A stretch of 63,778 nt of DNA, the filler included, from Octopus bimaculoides (taxonomy: Eukaryota), in assembly GCF_001194135.2 (NCBI RefSeq). It is 7 parts of 7 records of this genome, joined end to end, with 100 filler letters (N's around TTAATTAATTAA, not from the genome) between each part and the next. Parts side by side here need not be neighbours in the genome. Positions count along the whole stretch, not along the records: positions 10,815 to 36,819 come from NC_068982.1; 6 more parts are not named here. One strand, written 5' to 3'. Below, piece after piece: positions 11,161 to 23,205 of this stretch. Both the position numbers and the translations under genes were made by a program. Numbering within the stretch: the first letter of the stretch is position 1; each line of letters begins with the position of its first letter. The notes under the pieces are model-generated. The model had not been told where the DNA came from. It ran no database searches and saw only the letters and a list, made by a program, of their open reading frames with translations.

Positions 11161-12416
11161 AATATAAGATAAAATAAGTACATACACACATAGGCATACA
11201 CAAACATAAACAAAAGTATTTATAAATGGACACCCGCAAACTAAACGGTCTACTAACGTCTCTGAAATACTTATGTAGTAAACGTATCGTATCTCAGTCA
11301 ACGACCTGTCAGTATTTCAACAAACTTCAGACGCAGTGAAATGCCATTAACTGTTGTCTATGTAATGTTGTCCTTGTAATTGTTGACAAAACCTTAGAAA
11401 GATAGTAATGATAATCAATAGGAGTCCAACTTTAAGTTTTTATCGTATTCCTTTGAACATGTCATTTGAAGCTATGAATGATTTTACAGAAAACTGTATG
11501 GTCTGTCTGTCTGTATGTATGTATTTCTATCTGATTTCAGACAGGAATTTATTTTCTCTTTATTTGTTTGAAACCATTACATTGGAAGTATTGCATCATC
11601 ATTTTGGGAGTAGAAGTGTAAAAGTTGGTCAGTATAATAGTTGTTGTTGCTGTTGTTGTTGAAGTTGATAGATTTTTGAAACATAGTACATTTTTTTCAA
11701 GGAAATTTTCCTCAACTTTGACCCGATTGCTAATAAAATATCTGAATAATTTTTGGCTTATCAATCAAATTATTTTCTTTACTAGATTCCAAGTCAATTT
11801 TTATCTTCAATTTTCAAAAGATGATGTCTAAAGTGGGGCAAAATGAGTAATAATTGATTTAAATAATTTCTTCTAAACTGCATCATGCATAAATTTATCA
11901 AGAGGAAAGCCACTCCAGCAAATTGTGAAAAAGCTACAGAGAATGTTTTAAATAAAGTTTTTAGATTTAGTCGACTTTTGTTAATTTCATATCATGTATT
12001 AGTTTTTTGATGATCGTATATTTGACCCAGATATTTAAAATTTTTGTTACATTGCTGAAAATTCTGATGTCTAAGGACGGATATTGATGTGTATGAGTCT
12101 TTTTTCAAATGTAATTCGGGAGAATTGAAGAGGAAAATTTACCTCACTTTGTCTTACTGATTTTGCATCACCTAAATTTGTCATTTATATGCTCAAAGAG
12201 ACCGGCGATAATTCTCTGAAATTTGCGTTCTGAATATGTTATAGTGTTTTAATGCATTTAAGAAGGTCATTTGCTTAGCTGATACAGTTTTTGTGAGATA
12301 GTGAATATTTGTAAAAAAATACTCTTTTCTCAGAGTTAAAGATGCAGTAAATATTACTCTTTGTGCATCGCCCTCTTACATACCTACCTACATACACACA
12401 CGTACGCGCGCGCGCA

Positions 12417-12465
<49 letters not shown>

Positions 12466-12565
12466 ACACACACACGCACACACACACGTCAGTTTATATG
12501 AATGTATATTCTGCTTCCCAGGGACAAAACAATGTGGTATGTATGTATGTATGTATGTATGTATG

Positions 12566-12599
<34 letters not shown>

Positions 12600-12799
12600 T
12601 GTATGCATGCAAGTATGTACGTGAGTGTGTGCGTATAAGTGTGTGTGTATGTGTGTGTGTATGTGTGTGTGTATGTGTGTGTATGTGCGATATTTATAAA
12701 CATGCGCACATATGTATAATAATAACAACGTGTTATTATTACGTAATCACAATCACGTGTTTTGACTATTTCGTCTAAAGAGAAAAAATATTTGTTGTC

Positions 12800-12995
12800 T
12801 AACCTCAGGTCAGTTCTGTTGGAACGGACCGATGATCAAACAACACTCCAGCTGCGACGTCCATCACTTTTCTTTCTCAGACTCAGTTTTTCTAGGATCA
12901 CATGTTCAGTGTGTTCCTTTTCCTTTTTAAGACGGTACAGTGTGATCTGAAGGAAACTTGGTTGTTATTTCTAGCAGATCAACCGACCACATAGT
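12800..12995 (+). mobile_element. Unclassified interspersed repeat (family D; also ~36995-37170 + and ~31230-31400 -)
   Basis: Shared CAGGTCAG...GACC.ATGATCAAA...TTCCAGC and AAGACGGTA..GTGTGAT motifs between the loci. Confidence 0.5.
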
Positions 12996-13086
12996 TATGG
13001 CCGTATTTTTTGCTTCTAGTGTCATTACTTAAAGTTTTTATTGTGTTCCATGATATTCAGAAAGATATTCTAATACCCAATCTATT

Positions 13087-13299
13087 ATCTTTTACTTGCC
13101 TCAGTCTTTGGACTGCGGCCATGTTGTGGCTTTGATGGATTTATAGTCGAACAAATCGACCCCGATGCTTATTTTTAAACCGGGTAATTATTTTATGTTA
13201 CTGTTTGTCGAACCGCTAAGTTACGGGGACACACGAACTAACACTGGTTGTCAAGCGGTTGGTGAGGACAAACACAATCATATACATTTTACATACATA

Positions 13300-13344
<45 letters not shown>

Positions 13345-13485
13345 GTTTCCGTCAACCAAATACACTCACACGCATTTGGTCGGCCCAACACTTGCCCAAG
13401 TATCGCGCATTGGGTGGGGGGGCGAACCCAAGACCACATGGTTGGGAAGAAGCAAGCTTCTTACCACACACCCACGCTTGCGCCT
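13087..13485 (-). mobile_element. SINE family A, near full length
   Basis: Head, internal (CA)n, CCGAACCGCTAAGTTACGGGGAC body and TTTTACTTG tail. Confidence 0.9.
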
Positions 13486-14159
13486 ATTTCAAACGAATAT
13501 AAATTTAATTTTGTTTCCTTGCTTTTATATATTTCTCTCAGATTATAATTTGATCAATCATCGCAGTAATACACATTATCAATGAACACATTTCTCTGGC
13601 TGGCGTATGTAACTTCAGAAACGTTGCACAGGTTTATTCACGCCAGTGTATGTTTATATACTTATTGTATACTTTCTCACTGTCTGCCATTTTCAACCAT
13701 AGTTCACAAATCTTTTATATCTTTATTGTCTCAGCTCTTTCATAAATATTTCCGCCTCCGTAACACTCTTCCTCATTATTCCATCTGGATGTTTTTTATT
13801 CCTGATTTTTCTTTTAGAACATCAAAATGAATTTATTTGAAGCAGACTTTTTTCGTCGGCATTTAGCTTCGATCAAAGACATTTGTGCGATTAGTCGGCT
13901 AAAGAAATACAGAAACAAAAACAAAAAACGAATTAAAAAAAAAAAAATTATACTGCTGACTTCATTTCATAAACTACAACAACAATATCAGCAATAACAA
14001 TAACAAAACATTTTATTACAGAGAAAACACTGGAACCCGTGGCAGGACCGTTTTAAGGTATTACTAGTTCTCGAGCAAAGCAATAGTCCAGGGCCTATAT
14101 GATTTTATTTTTACCAGAGCATTGTTGAAAAATTGCAAATGAAGTTGTAGACTATGTAT

Positions 14160-14377
14160 TTTCTTTTCTTTCTTTTACTTGTTTCAGTCATTTGACTGCG
14201 GCCATGCTGGAGCACCGCCTTTAGTCGAGCAAATCGACCCCAGGACTTATTCTTTGGAAGCCTAGTACTTATTCTATCGGTATCTTTTTGCCGAACCGCT
14301 AAGTTACGGGGACGTAAACACACCAGCATCGGTTGTCAAGCGATGATGGGGGGGGGGGAACAAACGCAGACACACAA

Positions 14378-14411
<34 letters not shown>

Positions 14412-14548
14412 ATATATATACGACGGGTTTCTTTCAGTTTTCGTCTACCAAATCCACTCACAAGGCTTTGGTCAGCCCGAGGCTATAGTAGAAGACACTT
14501 GCCCAAGGTGCCACGCAGTGGGACTGAACCCGGAACCATTTGTGGAAC
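14160..14548 (-). mobile_element. SINE family A, young copy lacking the extreme 5' end
   Basis: Close match to other family A copies (25120-25506, 38122-38590). Confidence 0.95.
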
Positions 14549-14879
14549 ATCTTTCTTTTTTATCTTTTACTTGTTTCATTGATTGACTTGCGGCCAGGGG
14601 GCTGTGTGTGTATGTGTGTGTATGTGTGTGTGTGTGTGTGTGCGTGTACGTACTGTGCGTGTTTGTATTGAGTATGCGTTTGTGTGTGTGTGTATATGTG
14701 CTTTATGTAGTTTTCGTGTGTGTGTGCTATATTTGTTGTGGCGAAGTGTGTGCGTGTGTGTGTACGTGTGCATGCGTATGTGTATGTTATTTTTCTGTGT
14801 TGTGTGTGCATATGTTTGGGCGTATTTTGTGAGTGTTTTATTTGTATTGTTTGTGCAGTGTGTGTGTATACGTGTAGGT

Positions 14880-15098
14880 GTACATTATTTACATTTGACG
14901 GATATTTGTCCTCATCTAAGACCAGTCAAAAACCACCACACACATACACAAGCACATATATATAAACACACACATATATAGAACCGTGCACACGCACACA
15001 CACACAAACAAACACACTCACACATCATCAGGTGTCTTGGGGAAATTTCGAACCTGGGTTCTCATTCCTAAGGTACTTTTCGATGTTGTTGTTGTTAT

Positions 15099-15137
<39 letters not shown>

Positions 15138-16070
15138 TATTATTATTATTCAGGTCACTGCTTGGAATCGAACTCGGAATCTTGGGGTTAGTAGCCTGCG
15201 CTCTTAACCATTATGGAGCCCGCGCTCTTAACCATTGTGGAGTGAATTTTAGGGCTTATAAATCTAATATTTTCCAATCCTTCCTTAATACCGGTTCCCA
15301 TATACTACTCATATCTGCACTCGGTGTGCTTAGGAGGTTGTTGTGTCCTAGCATGTGTGCTGCTTCTTTTAGTTTTTGTATTTTCCAGTGGTGAGCTCTG
15401 TCTATTATTTTAACTTCATCCCACAGGCGGAGGTGGTCACCATTTTTCCATACATGATCAGCTATACCCGATTTATCAATGTCTCCTCGTGTCACCGGTT
15501 TTACGATGTTCGTCTACCCTTATTTTGAAGGGGCGGCATGTTTCACCTTTGTATGGTCTACCACAGCTGCATGGGATGGAGTACATTCAGTCTTTGGTCA
15601 TATTCTCTTCTATTGGTGGTTTTACTCGAAGGAGATATTTACGAAGTGTTGTATTACTCTTGAATACTGACCTGATGTCATATGGGCCGCACATCTTTTG
15701 TATCTTTTTGGAGAGGCCTTTCACATAGGGTAGACAGACTGTGGACAGTTTATTGGTTTCATTCTCTCTTTTCTTCATAATTGGAGTGGATAGTATGTTT
15801 TTGGGGTAGTTGTTGCTTAATAGATTGTTATTGAGCTTGATCATTTCTTCGTGGTGTGTACTACCATCGCTACTTATATTCGTTGCACGATGTTTTAGGC
15901 ACTGAGCAATCCTTCTCTTTACACTGTACGGATGGTGGGAATTGAATTTGAGATATCGTCCAGTGAAGGTCGGCTTGCGGTATACGGATGTCCTAAATCC
16001 ATACGTTGTGTTAACAACAAACAAAATGAGGACAAATATCCGTCAAATGTAAATAATGTACATAATTCCT
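14880..16070 (-). mobile_element. Penelope-like element, 5'-truncated (RT thumb, GIY-YIG endonuclease, pLTR)
   Basis: TSVYRKPTFTGRYLKFNSHHP...LPYVKGLSKKI, then YSIPCSCGRPYKGETCRPFKIRVDEH and KSGIADHVW...KLKEAAH; frameshifted and with a stop; 36-bp inverted pLTR pieces at both ends. Confidence 0.93.
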
Positions 16071-16620
16071 CAGGGTGATGTGTGTTATTGTGTGCGTGTA
16101 CGTGCTTATGTGTGTGTACGCGTATGTGTGTGTGTCTGTGAGTGTTTGTTGTGATTGTTGGAATTGTATTGCGTATATATGGGTGTTTTTTCTTTGAGTA
16201 TGTGTGTTTTTTTCACTGGGGAATGGGCGTATTGTGTTTGTGTGTATGTACGTATGTATGTATATATGCGTGGGTATGTGGTTGGGTTGGGCTGTATTTG
16301 TGTGTTTGTGTGTGTATATATATGTGTGTGTGGGTGTGTTTGTGTGAGTGTGTCTTGTAATTGTCAGGGCGGTGTGTGTATGTGTGTGCATGTAAGTGTT
16401 TATGCATGTGTGTATATATATGTGTGTGTGTATGTGTGTCTGTGAGTGCTTGTTGTGGTTGCTAGAATCGTATTGCATGTATATATGTGTGTGTTTTTTC
16501 TTGGAATGCCTATGTGTCTGTGATCAAGAGTGGGGATATTGTGTTCGTGCGTGTGTGTGTGGGGTTGCATTGTATTTGTGTGTGTGTTTGTACATCTGTG
16601 TGTGTTTGTTGTAGATTTGT
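16070..16620. repeat. Degenerate TG-rich low-complexity tract (similar tracts 14600-14880 and 42870-43490)
   Basis: Direct reading; source of the Cys/Val and His/Thr pseudo-ORFs. Confidence 0.9.
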
Positions 16621-16871
16621 AGCTGAGGGGTAGGGGTATTGTGTTTATCTGTCGGCGGTCCGAGTATATTTTTTTGAGATGTTAGAGTATGTTGAGCTGT
16701 GGTCTTTAGTTTTGAATAAAGATATTTTCCTTATTTATCCGTGTTTGGTCAGTGGTGCTGTCTGGGCAATAGTACAGAGGAAAAACTAGGAATTTGGGGG
16801 ACTTATTTTGTACACAGAGATCTAAGTGGCCACTAAGTGGAATCTGTCTTGTGGTGAGATCCCTCAATTAT

Positions 16872-16978
<107 letters not shown>

Positions 16979-17559
16979 TATAACCTAATATCACCTAATC
17001 AGAATGATTAAATCCATTTCTTTCCAATTGCTCTTAAAGCAGTTTTCTGTTCGCATTTGTGTGGCCCTTTTCATTTGCCGAACTTAACCGTCATGTACCC
17101 GATACAATGCTGCTCTACAAACCTTTTGTCGTGGTGGTTATTACTGCTACTGCTGTCACGATTCTTGGCTGCTGCAGTGATGGTGGTGCTGCTGCGGACT
17201 GCACACTAGCGTAACACATAGGTCAGAAGCGATGTCTTAAGTAGAGAGTTCTGATCCATAAGACAAGTCTTGTACTCCGAGCATCTAAAATGTAAAATAA
17301 AATTAAAAGAAAGCGATTGCATTGAATGATTCATTCCTATTTCACCTCATCATTTCTAATACACAAGCACTTTAAAAAGAGGCGTATGCTTTATGGAGAG
17401 AAAATTAACGAAATAAGGAAATATTTCAATACGACCACACTCGGGAAAGTACGAAAATTACTAATAAGAACAAGATCCCAAAATTTAAAATAGAAAATTT
17501 GTAGAAAAAATACACACTAGAAAAAATACAAACTAGAAAAAAGCAACCTTCTAAAAATA

Positions 17560-17860
17560 GAAATGACAATCTACCATAAACCAACAAAAGCCTTAAAACA
17601 AAATTCAGTAAATTCAAAACATACAACTCCATAAAAGAAAGTAACACAAAACAGAGACGCCCACACCCAGTGACACTTACAATAAATCGGTTCTCAAAAT
17701 AGAATTCCACATAAAACAAACAAGAAGACAGACACATGAAAAATAAAGAAACTTCATAAAAAGAATAAAGCAACATAAGAGAGCACAACAAAATCGATGG
17801 AAATACATCAATGTAAACACCTTCTCAAGTTACACATGGACAAGCAGCTCTACGAATGAA
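17560..17860 (+). mobile_element. Highly decayed Penelope-like GIY-YIG region
   Basis: Broken frames give TIYHKPTKALKQNSVNSKHTTP, PSDTYNKS and RNFIKRIKQHKRA, resembling the PLE pattern KPTNTLRQ...PCDxCNK...RIKEHKR. Confidence 0.5.
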
Positions 17861-18149
17861 TAAATGCAAGTAAGACAGCTCTGTAAAGGACTCTGTCCAC
17901 CGAAACACATTTCCTGAGCATCAATAGACTGAATAATCTTATCTATTCAGTAATAGTGGTGATTACAATGAAAACCGGGTTTCATATTACATTCACGTGA
18001 GTCCCTTCCCAAATATAACAAAAATATGTTGAAAATTAAGGACTAATTATTTAGCAAAATGCAAAAGTAGAGATCCAACACGAAAATGAATCAAATGTAC
18101 TTAGATAATATATAATCATTACATTCTTTTTCTGAGGTGATTTGCTTAA

Positions 18150-18750
18150 GCTTTCTCTTTGCTTTTCGAGCGTCTTCTATTATATTCATTGCAAAATGGA
18201 AAACAACCATATTACTGCTACATGACAGAGAAGAGAATTAAATTTAACATTATACTCACAAGAAGAGTAATATTCCAGGAAGACAGGTTATCATCACTAT
18301 TTTTCCGTTTATCTCTGACTCTACTGATGTATCTGTCCAGTGAAACCACAAACGGATTAAATGTTTATAAAATATTCACAACCTACTGCATATAAAATAC
18401 TTTAAATTATTTGCTAAGAGACAGCAATCAGGTGGAAAATGTACTAAACGTTGTCCATAAATTCAGTCAAGGAATAAAAATAAATATAAGATTAGATAAA
18501 TATGACAAGGCTACTAATAGGAAAAGCAAATTAACTAAAACTAAAAACATTAACTTAGATACAGACAGGGAAAACAGAAAATTAAGCCAAAAATACTCAT
18601 ACAAACACTTAAGAGTGGATAAAACTAATGAAATACAATACAAAAATGAGGGAGAAAAGTAGAAAAGTCTAGTATACGGGCGTGAGACTAATATTAAAAC
18701 TAGACTCAATACAAAAAATAAAATAATAGGTATAAGTACATTAAGCATCT
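18150..18750 (+). mobile_element. R4/Dong-type RLE retrotransposon fossil, RT domain
   Basis: RRVIFQEDRLSSLF (degenerate RGIFQGDSLSPLLF), LLHIKYFKLFAK (degenerate YMDDLKLFAK), LDKYDKAT, SYKHLRV, LNTKNKIIGISTLSI. Confidence 0.8.
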
Positions 18751-18937
18751 CTAGAAATTTTAAATTTTAACATTGGAAGTGAAATTGAAGAAGGTAGAAA
18801 AAAAAAACAGGAAACTACCAACGAAGCTCTGAAGTCGCCATTTCGAAGTTGGTATAGACAGAATGTAGCCCCTTCTCCAACACACATGGTTGATAGGGCA
18901 TGTATGTATGTATGTATGTATGTATGTATGTATGTAT

Positions 18938-19033
18938 GGGCGCAGGCGTGGCTGTGTGGTAAGAAGCTTGCTTTCCAACCACAGGTTCAGTCCCACTTTG
19001 TGGCATCTTGAGCAAGTGTCTTCAACTATAACC
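18938..19033 (+). mobile_element. SINE family A head
   Basis: GGGCGCAGGCGTGGCTGTGTGGTAAGAAGCTT...CAAGTGTCTTCAACTATA. Confidence 0.9.
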
Positions 19034-19036
19034 AAT

Positions 19037-19461
19037 TATATCAGGTCATCCCATAAGTTCTGTCCGATTTTATCTTTTTGTGTACGCATTTGTGTACATT
19101 TAAACTAATTGAATATTATTTTACAGAATAATAGAACTAAAAATTCTTTAAAACCCTTTCTAACATGGAAGTATCCAAAGAGCATTTAAGGCACATAATG
19201 CTTTATGAGTACAAAAAAAGAAAACTCTGCAGCCAAAGCAACTCGAAACATACACTTAGTTTATGGGAAAAAATGCTTGAATGAAAGAACCTGCAGAAGA
19301 TGGTTTGCAAAATTCAGAAGTGGAGATTTCAGCCTTGAAGGTGAAGATCGAACAGGACGTCCAGTTGCGTTTGATGATAAGCTCCGTGAGGCATTTCTTG
19401 AAGAAAATCCTGCATTATCAGTTGAAGAATTGGCAATAAAGCTTAGTTCAAACCTGATATA
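19037..19461 (+). mobile_element. Internally deleted mariner element with N-terminal transposase fragment
   Basis: ATG at 19165 MEVSKEHLRHIMLYEYKK, frameshift, then ...ERTCRRWFAKFRSGDFSLEGEDRTGRP...SVEELA (HTH); terminal TATATCAGGT / ACCTGATATA inverted repeat including TA. Confidence 0.92.
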
Positions 19462-19739
19462 TCGTACTTGATGTATATACACTGTTGCTAGACCAGTTAC
19501 AACGGCAGTCATCCTGAAATAACATCTCAGAAATGTTATTTTATGATGAATAACTGGCCTATAAGAGTGGATCTACATTAAGCATGATACATAGACGACT
19601 ATTTAAAATTAAATTTGCCTCATTTGCGTATATCAGATAATGAAGAAAAAATAAAAATAAAAAACACTCTTTAGCCATTACCCCGCACAACTCGATTAAC
19701 AAGAACAAGAACCTTTTACGAAAACAATACCAAGACACA

Positions 19740-20260
19740 AGTGACTATAAATAATGATAATGATGCCAATATCAAATACTGATTATGCAATCATTAACGG
19801 CAGCATAAACTGATGATTAGGCAATCAATGAGATGACTGAATATATCATTTCCGGCTGCGAAGTTCTTTCCAATCGTGTTTATACTGACAGACAAGATGG
19901 AGTCGACAGTTGTATCTAACGGGAAATATACCGACACTTTGATGTGAAAATGAATAAGAAGTGGTATAAACATGTACGAAACACTATACATGACAACGAC
20001 CTTGCCATAATCATCTGAGACATGCCCGTTCAAACCGACGTACAGATCAAGGTAATTCGCCCAGATATAATTATTAAGGACAGGAAGGAAAATGTCTGTA
20101 TTCTGACAGACATCTCGATACCTTCCGGGCAAAATAATAAAGGAATGGAAAGCCTGTTGAACTATTAGGGGCATGAAAGTGAAATAAACAGGATGTAAGC
20201 ACGGAGGAGAAAAACATACCGATAATTACTGAAACACTAGGTATAATTTAAAAAAAGAAA
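19740..20260 (+). mobile_element. R4/Dong-type fossil, zinc knuckle and RLE endonuclease
   Basis: TEYIISGCEVL...KKWYKH...I*DMPVQTD..IKVIRPDIIIKDRKENVCILTDISIP (PD-(D/E)xK); several stops. Confidence 0.88.
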
Positions 20261-20351
20261 TAAACAAAAACTATAAACTTTCAAAGTAGAAACCATCTCT
20301 TGCGCAAAAGAGTTCGCCCTTCGTACTTTTGCATAATCGACAATATAAAGA

Positions 20352-20828
<477 letters not shown>

Positions 20829-20883
20829 GTAACTCACAAAACTCACCTTCTATAATAGCCGACGTAACACATAACTACAAAAT

Positions 20884-20923
20884 ACAATAATCTCGCAACA
20901 TTAAACCGTTGCGAGATTATTGT
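20884..20923. other. Perfect 16-bp hairpin
   Basis: ACAATAATCTCGCAAC-attaaacc-GTTGCGAGATTATTGT. Confidence 0.95.
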
Positions 20924-21017
20924 GTATAAATGAAACCCAATCCAGCAAAATAAATACAAATTACATTTCACATATTCTACACAGGCACCAAAATGTACCA
21001 TAAGCATCAACAATATC

Positions 21018-21448
21018 CTTTTCTACTCTAGGAACAAGGCCCGAAATTTTTGGGGAAGGGACTAGTCGATTAGATCGACCCCAGTATGCAACTAGTACTA
21101 AATTTATCGATCCTGAAAGGATGAAAGGCAAAGTCGACCTCGGTGGAATTTGAACTCAGAACGTAAAGCCAGACGAATGACCGCTAAGCATTTCGCCCGG
21201 CGTGCTAACGTTTCTTATTTCTTTATTGCCCACAAGGGGCTAAACATAGAGGGGACAAACAGGACAGACAAAGGGATTAAGTCGATTACATCGACACCAG
21301 TTTCTAACTGGTACTTAATTTATCGACCCCGAAAGGATGAAAGGCAAAGTCGACCTCGGCGGAGTTTAAACTCGGAACGTAACGGCAAACGAATTACCGT
21401 TAAGCATTTCGCCCGGTGTGCTAACATTTCTGCCAGCTCGCCACCTTA
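21018..21448 (-). mobile_element. SINE family B dimer
   Basis: Full copy with ...GGCAATAAAGAAATAAGAA tail fused to a head-clipped copy with the ...GGCCTTGT...AGTAGAAAAG tail. Confidence 0.92.
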
Positions 21449-21864
21449 GCAAATAAAATTAATGATATCAAAATTAATTAGAGAAACCCTTGTCAGTTAA
21501 TGGAGGAGATGGTTTCTTGTCAATAGTAAGGAGCGAACAGCGAACTCTTTATTTTGATGCTGAAATTTAAAACAAATACTGTATGATATTTGTTTATTTG
21601 CACATTGGTGCAAATAATTGTCGCTTTCGCTACGAACAATAAACAATCAAATAAACATTGACAACCAATAATAAACAAACAACAGCTATCACAAACAACA
21701 GATAAAGATCAATATCTTCACCACCATCAATATTTACAGTTATCATATTTTATTTTTTACTTCTTTTTCAACTTGTTGTCTCTTTCCCTTTTTTGTTACT
21801 TCCTTTAGCGTTACGCAAAAAGTTAGACGGGTAGGAACGTACTATCACATCAGTATGTAGATCG

Positions 21865-22331
21865 AGCTGGCAGAAATGTTAGCACGCCGGGCGAAATGCT
21901 TAGCGGTGTTTCGTTCTGAGTTCTGAGTTCAAATTTCGTTCTGAGTTCAAATTCCGCCGAGGTCGATTTTGCCTTTCATCCTTTCGGGGTCGATTTTGCC
22001 TTTCATCCTTTCGGGGTCGATTAAATAAGTACCAGTTACGCACTGGAGTCGATATAATCAACTTAATCCGTTTGTCTGTCCTTGTTTGTCCCCTCTGTCT
22101 GTAGCCCCTTGCGGGCAGTAAAGAAATAAGAAATGTTAGAACGCCGGGCGAAATGCTTAGCGGTGTTTCGTCTGCCGCTACGTTCTGAGTTCAAATTCCG
22201 CCGAGGTCGACTTTGCCTTTCATCCTTTCGGGGGTCGATTAAATAAGTACCAGTTACGCACTGGGGTCGATCTAATCGACTGGCCCCCTCCCCCAAAAGT
22301 TCGGGCCTTGTGTCTAGAGCAGAAAAGAATA
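21865..22331 (+). mobile_element. SINE family B dimer
   Basis: Same two-tail architecture; first monomer carries small internal tandem duplications (21905-22020). Confidence 0.92.
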
Positions 22332-22340
22332 TGTAGATGA

Positions 22341-22680
22341 CTTAAGGCTAGAACCGACAAAATGTTAGCGCACTGAACGAAATGCTTAGCGGCATTTCGT
22401 CTGTCTTTACGTTCTAAGTTCAAATTCCGCCAAGGTTGACTTTGCCTTTCATTCTTTCGGGGTCGATAAAATATGTAGCAGTTTGTGTACTATGGTCGAT
22501 ATAATCGACTTACCTGTCCCCAAAATTGCTGGCCTTGTGCCAAAATTTGAAAGTATTATAAAGATAATTTCTTATTTAGGTACAAGACTACAATGTTTGA
22601 TCAATACTTATTTTTTTCAACCTCGGAAGGATGAAAGACAAAGTCGGCCTCGATAGGATTCGAACCGAGAACGCAGACGT
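22341..22680. mobile_element. SINE family B copy (+, 22341-22558) and fragment (-, ~22565-22680)
   Basis: Conserved GTTCTAAGTTCAAATTCCGCC...TTTCGGGGTCGAT motifs. Confidence 0.8.
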
Positions 22681-22894
22681 CAAATCTCACTGAAATCAAT
22701 TTCCATCTTTCACTCTTCTAGAGTTATCTATCAGAATACTTTCCGCTTCCACCATTGCAGCCATTACACTCGCCAGTATCACAGTTATCATCCCAATCAG
22801 GACTATTAACATCAACCATCAATGCTATATTATCCTCGCAATTGTTGTCATCATGACAACCATTGTACCCACCCCAACAATCCTCATCCTCTTC

Positions 22895-23032
22895 ATCTTT
22901 CTTATTTCTCTCCTCCTACTCCTCATCATCATCGTCGTCGTCGTCATCATCGTCATCATCATCATCATCATCACCATCACCACCACCACCACCACCACCA
23001 CTACCATCATCATCATCACCACCACCACCACC

Positions 23033-23066
<34 letters not shown>

Positions 23067-23143
23067 TCATTATCATCATTGTCGTCGTCGTCGTCATCAT
23101 GATCATTATGATTATGATCATGATGATGATCATCATTATCATT

Positions 23144-23192
<49 letters not shown>

Positions 23193-23205
23193 CCACCATC
23201 ATAAT
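22895..23205. repeat. Compound (CAT)n/(CAC)n/(CGT)n trinucleotide repeat
   Basis: Direct reading; explains the poly-His/poly-Asp pseudo-ORFs. Confidence 0.97.
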
